Under the pieces are notes generated by a model that worked only from the letters and a program-made list of their open reading frames with translations, was not told the origin of the DNA and made no database searches. Of a stretch of 64,000 nucleotides of DNA, positions 56,308 to 64,000 are shown one piece after another. How positions within the stretch are numbered: position 1 is the first letter of the stretch; each line of letters begins with the position of its first letter. The translations under genes and the position numbers were made by a program. The DNA is from a virus (Duplodnaviria; Caudoviricetes), in the IMG/VR virus record IMGVR_UViG_3300032295_000548, positions 75,447-139,446 of that record. One strand, written 5' to 3'.

Positions 56308-57470
56308 ACTTATCAGAAACATTAGCTTCATTACGTAATACATTGTCTGATATAGACTATGTTGAACCACGTTCTTTGTTTGAAGATAAAGGCCACTTAG
56401 ATCATCCTGAAGATTTGATATTTTTAGCAGGTAGTCAAGGTGCTACAAGAGCGGTACAGTCGGCAGTAGATACTGTACAGAATCCAGCTAAAGTAACTAT
56501 CAAGTGGGACGGATATCCTGCATTGATATTTGGTCGCGGTGTTGATGGTAGATTCAGCATCATGGACAAGCACATGTTCAACAAGAAAGATGGTTCCGGG
56601 CGTGAAGTCTATAGTCCTGAAGAATTCGTAAAGTATGACATGGAACGTGGTGTGAATCGTTCAAACCTACATCAACTTATTGCTAACATTTGGCCTGGTC
56701 TAGAAAAAGCAGACCGTAGCAAGGGTTATTACTGGGGTGATTTGTTGTTCAGCGCACCACTAGAAGACCAAAAAGGACTGTACCAGTTTAAAGCAAATCC
56801 AAATGGCATCGCATATACAGTAGAAGCTGACAGTGAAATGGGTCAGTTTTTCCGTGGCAAAACTGCAGGTATTGTTGTTCACCAGTATCTAGCACCAGAT
56901 GCATACACAACCGACGATGCAGTACCACTAGATGGTGGAATTGGTAAGTTAAAGAACAACAGCAACGTAGCTATTGTTCCTGCTAAAATGCCTATCACCC
57001 CTAAATTAAAACTAGATAATAAACTAGTCAAAGCGGCAAACAGTGCAATCAGTGCGTATGGTCCTGCAGTGGATCAATTAATGAGTACTGCGCCTCAAGC
57101 TAGAAGTTCATTCAATCAGTTGTTTACTACATTCATCAACAAGAAGATTGTTGCAGGTGACTTGTCTAATCTATTGCCAAGCTTCATGGAATACGTTGAC
57201 GGTCGTCCCATGACTGCTAGCATGAAAGCTAAAATAGAAAATCACTTACAACAGAACATGGAAGGTGTTAAGGGCGCATTTGAAATCTGGGCCGCTATCT
57301 ATGCTTTAAAAATGTCTGTAGTAGAACAATTAAACAAAGCCGCAGAATCTAGTCCTGTCAAGGGCTATCTACAAGATGGAACTCAAACACAAGAGGGATT
57401 CGTTGCAAACGGACTAAAATTCGTAGATAGAATGGGCTTTAGTCGCCAAAATCTAGCCGGCCGCGGCTAA
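56304..57470 (+). CDS. Ligase-like covalent nucleotidyltransferase-fold protein (DUF6267-like)
   Basis: HLDHPED, KWDG (motif I), WGDLLF, EGFV (motif IV), KFVDR (motif V). Confidence 0.65.
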   Translation: MNLSETLASLRNTLSDIDYVEPRSLFEDKGHLDHPEDLIFLAGSQGATRAVQSAVDTVQNPAKVTIKWDGYPALIFGRGVDGRFSIMDKHMFNKKDGSGREVYSPEEFVKYDMERGVNRSNLHQLIANIWPGLEKADRSKGYYWGDLLFSAPLEDQKGLYQFKANPNGIAYTVEADSEMGQFFRGKTAGIVVHQYLAPDAYTTDDAVPLDGGIGKLKNNSNVAIVPAKMPITPKLKLDNKLVKAANSAISAYGPAVDQLMSTAPQARSSFNQLFTTFINKKIVAGDLSNLLPSFMEYVDGRPMTASMKAKIENHLQQNMEGVKGAFEIWAAIYALKMSVVEQLNKAAESSPVKGYLQDGTQTQEGFVANGLKFVDRMGFSRQNLAGRG

Positions 57471-57559
57471 TTTTAGTATCCAAAACCGATATTTTTTTGT
57501 GCCAGGCATAAATAAGTGTATGAGGCAGTAGGCTTCAAAACATTTAAAGGAATTTTATC

Positions 57560-57925
57560 ATGGCACAATTTACACGTGTAAACGGCGACTTCTTACCAGT
57601 CATTAACTATGACAGCCCAGCTTATACAAACAGCGGTGTTAACGCAGTTACTTCTGCCGCAACAGTTCAACCACAAGGTCCTAAGTTGGACTTCTTCACT
57701 GTCACATTTGACGGTGCATTGACAACAACTCAATTGAACACAGCTATCCAAACTATTCAACAATTAGCTACAATCTATATGTATGAATATACAGATGACA
57801 CTAATGATACATTAGCTGTTGCTCTTTATCCAGTTGGCGCATGGACAACTGCAACTCTTGACACTGCTTTGACAGCGGCTGTTGAAGCTGTTACAGTTGC
57901 GGCTTCTGCTACATTCACAGGTTAA
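57560..57925 (+). CDS. Small, probably abundant virion protein
   Basis: TAAATA 57509, strong SD, own terminator, Thr/Ala-rich. Confidence 0.7.
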   Translation: MAQFTRVNGDFLPVINYDSPAYTNSGVNAVTSAATVQPQGPKLDFFTVTFDGALTTTQLNTAIQTIQQLATIYMYEYTDDTNDTLAVALYPVGAWTTATLDTALTAAVEAVTVAASATFTG

Positions 57926-57942
57926 TCTTAACTTGCTCAAAG

Positions 57943-57968
57943 AACCCGAGAAATTCTCGGGTTTTTTT
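57943..57968 (+). terminator. Intrinsic terminator
   Basis: AACCCGAGA-AAT-TCTCGGG followed by T7. Confidence 0.9.
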
Positions 57969-57987
57969 GTGGCTGTTAAATACTTCT

Positions 57988-58443
57988 ATGAGTTTTAGAA
58001 TAACATGTTACACGCTATTTGATATAACCCAGACTGGGGTGCTGAATAGAACCAGACCAGGTGACGATCAAGATATCACTGAATGGACTAAGAAACGCAA
58101 CACTCAAGCTAATTTTGACACTATACTTCAAGTCATCAATCTTAGGTCTCAACCTGAAATCATATCTATGCCCAAAAGAATAGATATAAGTCTTGATGAG
58201 TTTGATAACTTTGGATTCTTATTTCAGCAACAAGACGATGAAAAACTACCATGTTGGAAGTTTATATTTGATATACAGCATCACAGCGTTTTCAATGATG
58301 GCATTAATGAATTAGGTGCATTGTACAGCGATTGTCATAATGTACCTATGATATTGTGCGGAACTGAATGGAATAAACTTCCTGCCTTTTTAGATGGAAG
58401 TGGCGAACTAAGAAACATTTATTTTACGGTGAATTATGACTGA
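57988..58443 (+). CDS. Hypothetical late protein
   Basis: ATG 5 nt after TAAATA; TLFDITQTG...Q.NFDT..Q...LRSQP. Confidence 0.7.
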   Translation: MSFRITCYTLFDITQTGVLNRTRPGDDQDITEWTKKRNTQANFDTILQVINLRSQPEIISMPKRIDISLDEFDNFGFLFQQQDDEKLPCWKFIFDIQHHSVFNDGINELGALYSDCHNVPMILCGTEWNKLPAFLDGSGELRNIYFTVNYD

Positions 58444-58909
58444 AGATTTTGCAATGAAAAAGATAAGTCAATTCTTGAAAAAGGAATTTTTCAATAAAAT
58501 GGCTGACATAGCTATGTTACAGAACGATGATGGTAGTTATGAGTTCTTTAATCGTTTTACAGTATATCCTGCAAAAAACGGATATAAAGTTCAACTAAGG
58601 AATAGTAGCGAATTTAAGTTATTTTCTACATTGAAGAATGCATTGACTTGGTGTATATTTGAAAATAGAACAAAATACAGTCAGGCCAGAAGAATCGAAT
58701 ACTTAGACAGTATGATTGCTGGAACCGATGTTAATATAGAGGTTCACAAAAACCTACTAAAAAAGACAAATGACATTGAATACAAATTGATATATGCAGC
58801 CAAACTCAGTGAAGAACAGAATAAGAAACGAAGGATGGTTCATGAAATGAGTTCATTTATCAATGAATCAAATAATTGGCAAACTAGAAAGTTTGCGGCA
58901 AAAAGATAA
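58436..58909 (+). CDS. Hypothetical protein
   Basis: 157-aa ORF. Confidence 0.65.
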   Translation: MTEDFAMKKISQFLKKEFFNKMADIAMLQNDDGSYEFFNRFTVYPAKNGYKVQLRNSSEFKLFSTLKNALTWCIFENRTKYSQARRIEYLDSMIAGTDVNIEVHKNLLKKTNDIEYKLIYAAKLSEEQNKKRRMVHEMSSFINESNNWQTRKFAAKR

Positions 58910-58936
58910 ATACTCTATAACGTTTGGAATACAACT

Positions 58937-59671
58937 ATGAAATTAACCGATTTTGACAAAAAAGTTTATGCTCCTAGAGCATTAGCAGAGAACTACAAGA
59001 TGTCTTTTGATCCATCTTCAATGAATAAAATGGATACACAAAAGATGTTAAAGAAAGTTCGCTCCTTAGCTATGGAAGCTAAAGAAGCTCCTGATTTCCA
59101 CCAGAATCAAACTAACCCTGGCTACATGAAGTTAGTGTTTATGGAACAAGCACTTGTTCAACATTTTAATGAATTGCTAAGCCAGCCTCAAACACGAATC
59201 GTTGTGGAAAACGAAGAAGTTGATAAGTCGCAAGTTGTTTTAGCCGCACAAGACCTAGTTGATAGCATTCAAAAAATGCTTGAAGATGTTGGTCAAATGC
59301 AAGTTAAAGAATTGCCTGCACTTGTTGACAGCATTGAATCTGAGATCGGTGCAAACGAATCTCAAGCATACAATGATATCGTTTCTGGACAATTAGACAC
59401 ATTGAGTGGTGCATTAAAAGAAGCATTTGCTCAGATGAAGTCTGCACGTGATAGTATCACTGGTGGTGGCGCAGGTAGTTTTACTGATGCTGGTCTAGAT
59501 GCCGACGCTGGCTTAGATGCTGGTATGGGCGATGAGCTAGGTGGTATGGATGCAGGCATGGACGCTGGTCTAGGTGCTGACATGGACGCTGATGCTGGTA
59601 TGGATATGCCCGCTCCCGAAGAAGATCCTGAACCAAGTATTGGTGGCGCAGTAGGCCGAGCAAAGCGTTAA
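58937..59671 (+). CDS. Late protein with an acidic DAG(L/M)-repeat tail, scaffold/core-like
   Basis: TAAATA 58907; low-complexity C-terminus. Confidence 0.65.
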   Translation: MKLTDFDKKVYAPRALAENYKMSFDPSSMNKMDTQKMLKKVRSLAMEAKEAPDFHQNQTNPGYMKLVFMEQALVQHFNELLSQPQTRIVVENEEVDKSQVVLAAQDLVDSIQKMLEDVGQMQVKELPALVDSIESEIGANESQAYNDIVSGQLDTLSGALKEAFAQMKSARDSITGGGAGSFTDAGLDADAGLDAGMGDELGGMDAGMDAGLGADMDADAGMDMPAPEEDPEPSIGGAVGRAKR

Positions 59672-59673
59672 TC

Positions 59674-60000
59674 ATGCGTCTTTATGAATTTGCTGGACCA
59701 AATCCTATGGTTACAAAACTTGTAGCCGTAGGTGACCAGTTAAAGTCAGACTTAGAAAAAGGTCAAGCTGATCCTAACATGTCAGTTCCCGATTTCTTGC
59801 AATATCTCAAAAAATATGATATCATATACGACAAGACAGACTTGTACGATATGATTAAACAACTCCCACTTAAAAATCTTATTTCTAACATTCAGGGTGA
59901 CAAAATTGTTTTCAAAGGTTTCGGTACTCCAGAAGCACCCCCTGAAGAAGAAAGCAAAAAAGTTGTCGCAGGCATGGCTAAACACGCCACTGGTAAGTAA
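59674..60000 (+). CDS. Hypothetical late protein
   Basis: MRLYEF start. Confidence 0.7.
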   Translation: MRLYEFAGPNPMVTKLVAVGDQLKSDLEKGQADPNMSVPDFLQYLKKYDIIYDKTDLYDMIKQLPLKNLISNIQGDKIVFKGFGTPEAPPEEESKKVVAGMAKHATGK

Positions 60001-60320
60001 TGATAGAAGCAACTGAAGCCGCAGTTAAAAAAATAAGACAGCAAATACAAAGAAGAGGAAAAGGTTCAGGAATACGTGTAGGCGTAAAGACTACAGGTTG
60101 TTCTGGACTTGCATACGTACTAGAGTTTGTCGATACACCGATAGACAGTGATTTAATATTGGATTGTGAAGGGTGCGCTATATACATAGATCCCAAGAGT
60201 AGTCCATATGTTCAGGGAATGATAATCGATTACGTTAAGAACGGTCTTAACGAAGGATTTGAATTTCTTAATCCAAATGAACGTGATCGCTGTGGGTGTG
60301 GAGAAAGCTTTAGAGTATAA
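60000..60320 (+). CDS. iscA: A-type Fe-S carrier IscA/HesB
   Basis: GCSGLAY, EGFEF.NPN, CGCGESF. Confidence 0.95.
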   Translation: MIEATEAAVKKIRQQIQRRGKGSGIRVGVKTTGCSGLAYVLEFVDTPIDSDLILDCEGCAIYIDPKSSPYVQGMIIDYVKNGLNEGFEFLNPNERDRCGCGESFRV

Positions 60321-61066
60321 TGGAAATAACACACTTAGTCGTAAATGGTTGCAGTTGGACGTATTGTCAGGGATTACCTGATCTAACAGTCAACGGATGG
60401 CCTGCATTACTTGCAAAAAAGTTAGGCGTACCTCTAGTTAATCTAGCAGTACCCGGATCAGGTAACGATACTATTCATAGGCGCACTTATGAATACTACT
60501 TTGAAGATTTACCTAACAATAACAAACCACTATATGTCATAGGTTGGACTCAGCCATGGCGCAGAGAAGCTTGGTGCAGAAAATATTATAATAAGAATTT
60601 GCCTCAAGGGTATGTATCTATATCATTTCCTGACAGTAAACCTAGAAACTTCTATGAGGCTGCGTTACTAGACAATTGGAGTGAAGAAGATTTCTTACGC
60701 AGGACTATGCTGTGTCAATTATCGTTAGATTCATTGTTTAAAGCACATAACATTCCTTATGTTTCTTCTTTTTTCGTAGATTTTAATAACTCCGAAACAG
60801 ATCCGGTTATTGAAAAATATAAAAATCATTTTAATTTTATCAATAATGATACTATAAATCCAATCTATAAACTGATACAGCATTGTGAAAAGTTACCATG
60901 TGGTCACGAAGGTCAAGAATCTATGTATATCACAGCAGATTATTTTTACGACCAATTAACAATGAAGTATGGTTCATTCACTCCCATTACGGGTTCATAC
61001 GTTACACTAAAAGATTTTAACAAGAAAGACCTGTCAGGTACATTATATACTAGTGCCTGGGAATAA
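60320..61066 (+). CDS. SGNH-hydrolase-like protein
   Basis: NGCSWT, NLAVPGSGN, CGH. Confidence 0.65.
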   Translation: MEITHLVVNGCSWTYCQGLPDLTVNGWPALLAKKLGVPLVNLAVPGSGNDTIHRRTYEYYFEDLPNNNKPLYVIGWTQPWRREAWCRKYYNKNLPQGYVSISFPDSKPRNFYEAALLDNWSEEDFLRRTMLCQLSLDSLFKAHNIPYVSSFFVDFNNSETDPVIEKYKNHFNFINNDTINPIYKLIQHCEKLPCGHEGQESMYITADYFYDQLTMKYGSFTPITGSYVTLKDFNKKDLSGTLYTSAWE

Positions 61067-61067
61067 T

Positions 61068-61754
61068 ATGTATAATCCAACTAAATTTAACTATGTAAAA
61101 ATCAGTAGAATTGATACGCCTGAGGGTCGAAGATATGCAACGCCTGATGGCGAAAAGCTACCCTCAGTCACTACAATTTTAGATGCTACTAAATCAGAAG
61201 AATCTAAGAAAGCATTGAACGAATGGCGTAAGCGCATGGGTCCTGCAAAAGCACAACAGATTACCACTGAGGCTGCTGGTCGTGGTACTCGTATGCACAA
61301 GTGGATAGAGGACTATATCAAGACAGGAGAGTTGGGGGTTCCCGGCTCTAATCCATATAGTCAGCAAAGTCACAAAATGGCAGATTCTATTATTAGACAG
61401 GGTCTTGTCAATTGTAATGAGTACTGGGGGACAGAAGTTCCTCTCTATTTCCCTAAAGTGTATGCTGGTACCACTGACTTAGTGGGTGTTCATAACAATG
61501 AACCTGCTATCATGGATCACAAACAATCTAACAAACTAAAAAAACGTGAGTGGATTGATGATTATTTTGTTCAATTAGCGGCTTATGCTAATGCACACAA
61601 CGAAGTGCATGGAACTACTATCCGTAAAGGTGTTATTTTCATGTGTACGCAAGATAACATTTATCAAGAATTCATCATAGAAGGCACTGAATTTGACAAA
61701 TATACTGATATGTGGTTCAAGCGAGTAGAACAATATTACATGAAGTTCCTATAA
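61068..61754 (+). CDS. PD-(D/E)xK exonuclease
   Basis: LPSVTTIL, RGT.MH, E, AGTTD, DHKQS, QLAAYA. Confidence 0.88.
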   Translation: MYNPTKFNYVKISRIDTPEGRRYATPDGEKLPSVTTILDATKSEESKKALNEWRKRMGPAKAQQITTEAAGRGTRMHKWIEDYIKTGELGVPGSNPYSQQSHKMADSIIRQGLVNCNEYWGTEVPLYFPKVYAGTTDLVGVHNNEPAIMDHKQSNKLKKREWIDDYFVQLAAYANAHNEVHGTTIRKGVIFMCTQDNIYQEFIIEGTEFDKYTDMWFKRVEQYYMKFL

Positions 61755-61798
61755 TGATTTAATGATAAATAACTGTACAACCGGTAAAGATTACATTT

Positions 61799-64000
61799 AT
61801 GGCTATTGTACAGATATCAAAAATCCAACAAAGATCAGGTAACATCGTTGACTTGCCACAGCTTGACGAAGCTGAATTTGGCTTTGCGACTGATGCGAAA
61901 CGACTTTTCATTGGTAAAGTTTCCCCCAATGAGAACATTGAGGTTCTCACATCCTATTCGAATATTGCTTTCAGTCAAATTGAGGGCGCAGTTGGTAATT
62001 TAGACATTTCCGCTGTCTCAGTTGACGATGGTCAAATTCTTGCATATGACGGTACTAACTGGGTTAACCGCGGTGGTGACGCCGGCGGAGATATTGACCT
62101 AGGTAGTGTTGCTAATGTCAGTATCAGCGGTGGCTCTATTGGCTACGTCTTAGAAACAGACGGATTAGGCAACTTATCTTGGACTCCTAAAGGTACGTTA
62201 TATACTCCAATTATTGCACTAAGTAATGCTACACCTATCGTTATGCGAGTAGCAAATACAGTACCTTATACTAACGGTACTGCTGTTACTATTACTGGTG
62301 CTAGTGGAGCAAATGCAAACACAATCGTTAACGGTAAAACATTCTACATGACATTATCAGTAGATTATCCTACTAGTGGTAATGTAAGTTTGTACACTGA
62401 TTCGGGTAGAACAACTGCGGCAGTTGGTACTAACTTAGGTGCATCAACGCCTAACGTAGCTATTGCTACCAGCGTTATCTCAGGTGCAGGTGGCGGTACA
62501 GGTGTTGCTGGTGGAAGTTCAGGCTCCGTTCAATTCAACAACAGTGGTGTATTAGACGGTGATGCTGATTTTACATGGAACCTTACTACCAATGTATTAA
62601 GCATTAACGGAAACGCAAACGCAGGTAATTTAAACGCAACAAGTTCTGTTGTTGCAAGTACAATAACATCAAACGTTGCTACAGGTACTGCCCCATTAAC
62701 AGTTACAAGTACAACACGTGTTGCTAATTTGAATGTAGCATATGCAAACGTTGCAGATCATATTAACACAGCAGTTGTAAGTTCAGGTACGTACTATCCA
62801 ATATTAGCAAATGCTACTTCAGGTAACGTAGCAGATGGTGCTAATGCTAATCTAGTGTTCAACGCCGCAACTGGAAACTTGTCTGCAACAATATTAAATG
62901 CCACTGGAAATATCAGAGGTGCTAACTTAGATACCGCAGGTAATGTCACTGCAAGTAGATTGATATCGAACGTAGCAACCGGCACAGCCCCACTAACAGT
63001 TACAAGTACAACACGTGTGGCAAATTTAAACGTTGCTTATGCAAACGTTGCTGATTTTATCAGTGTAGCTGACGTTACGACTGGTACATTCTACCCTGTT
63101 CTTGCTAATGCCGCATCAGGTAACGTTGCTGAAGGATCAAATGCTAACTTAACATTCAATGCCGCAACAGGTGCATTCAATTCTACATTGCTAGGTGGTA
63201 CATTAACTACAGCGGCTCAACCAAATGTAACTAGTGTAGGTATATTAACAGCGTTATCCGTTTCAGGCACTATAACAGTTAATGATATTGCTACGTATGG
63301 TACGACCGGTGATGATCTTAATATTAATGCTGGCAATGCTACTACCTCGAATGATACGGGTGGTAATGTTAATATTACCGGCGGTATTGGTAATGGCACT
63401 GGCGCGGGAGGTGGACTATATGTTTATGGTGGTAACGCTTCTGCTACTGGTAATGCGGCCGGCGGTCTTGCTACACTATCCGGCGGTGCAGGTTATGGAC
63501 AAGGTCAAGGCGGTACAGTAACTATAACATCAGGTGCTAGTGCTAATACATATGGTGCTAAAGGTGGTAATGTTATAATCACTGGTGGTACATATGATGG
63601 TGCAGGTGGTGATATGACGATAGCCGCTGGCGAAGCAGCCGGCGAAAATCATATTGGTGGTGATATTGCAATCAAAGCAGGTGCAAGTACAGGTAATGCA
63701 ACTGTAGGTAAGATCACTTTCCAAACAGCTACAACAGGTAGTACAGGTAACACAGTACAGACATTATCCGATAGAGTTATCATTGATGATACTCAGATGA
63801 ACGTTAGATTCACAACTGCGTCTACATCTACAGCTACAGGTGCGTTGGAAGTTGCAGGTGGTGTTGGTGTGGTTGGAAACGTTTATGCTGGCGCGTTCTA
63901 TGGTGCGGCAACGGGATTGACAAGTATTCCGGCCGGCAACATTAGTGGTACCGTTGCGGCAGCAACTGCGGCAACAACTGCAGGCACAGTTACCACAAAC
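61799..64000 (+). CDS. Tail fibre/virion protein, incomplete (runs off the window)
   Basis: Frame appears open from ATG61799 (MAIVQISKIQQRSG...LPQL..AEFGFATDAKRLFIG); Gly/Asn/Thr/Ala-rich; TAAATA 61766; 297-nt internal duplication. Confidence 0.8.
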   Translation, partial: MAIVQISKIQQRSGNIVDLPQLDEAEFGFATDAKRLFIGKVSPNENIEVLTSYSNIAFSQIEGAVGNLDISAVSVDDGQILAYDGTNWVNRGGDAGGDIDLGSVANVSISGGSIGYVLETDGLGNLSWTPKGTLYTPIIALSNATPIVMRVANTVPYTNGTAVTITGASGANANTIVNGKTFYMTLSVDYPTSGNVSLYTDSGRTTAAVGTNLGASTPNVAIATSVISGAGGGTGVAGGSSGSVQFNNSGVLDGDADFTWNLTTNVLSINGNANAGNLNATSSVVASTITSNVATGTAPLTVTSTTRVANLNVAYANVADHINTAVVSSGTYYPILANATSGNVADGANANLVFNAATGNLSATILNATGNIRGANLDTAGNVTASRLISNVATGTAPLTVTSTTRVANLNVAYANVADFISVADVTTGTFYPVLANAASGNVAEGSNANLTFNAATGAFNSTLLGGTLTTAAQPNVTSVGILTALSVSGTITVNDIATYGTTGDDLNINAGNATTSNDTGGNVNITGGIGNGTGAGGGLYVYGGNASATGNAAGGLATLSGGAGYGQGQGGTVTITSGASANTYGAKGGNVIITGGTYDGAGGDMTIAAGEAAGENHIGGDIAIKAGASTGNATVGKITFQTATTGSTGNTVQTLSDRVIIDDTQMNVRFTTASTSTATGALEVAGGVGVVGNVYAGAFYGAATGLTSIPAGNISGTVAAATAATTAGTVTTN

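Noticed and set aside
1-64000. Stop-codon reassignment
   Set aside because: Standard code 11 gives dense, full-length genes; only avoidance of TAG was seen

Overview
The window is a gene-dense, AT-rich segment of a large T4-related (Tevenvirinae-like) tailed phage. It is probably a jumbo phage of a Betaproteobacterium, inferred from the Burkholderiales-type porin and the tmRNA tag. Almost every gene is on the + strand. 1-15.8 kb is a sugar and small-molecule tailoring cluster: PLP aminotransferase, amidinotransferase, cupin/2OG-glycosyltransferase fusion, carbamoyltransferase, a 2713-aa protein made of about 29 tandem ~67-aa repeats with an exact 804-nt higher-order period, and two GT10-like paralogs. 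15.8-23.7 kb holds a circularly permuted tmRNA with a small ORF in its intervening segment, a porin, early genes behind repeated sigma70 promoters and a MoxR-AAA/VWA pair. 23.7-35 kb holds DHFR, ThyA, NDP-sugar enzymes, spanin-like genes, head-internal-like proteins and the terminase large subunit. 35-55 kb is a replication/recombination core (gp32, UvsX, UvsY, UvsW, primase, gp41-like helicase) interrupted by a promoter-cassette array, an array of small F-x2-E-x-D-A-x2-F-x-L-R-W paralogs and a 193-aa miniature DnaE. 55-64 kb holds late/virion genes, IscA, an exonuclease and a tail-fibre gene that runs off the end. The best candidates for new biology are the mini/split DnaE, the peptide ORF sequestered in the tmRNA intervening stem, the giant repeat protein in a late guanidino/carbamoyl-sugar cluster, and the self-coupling paralog array. 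All family names come from motif recognition by eye; no searches were run.
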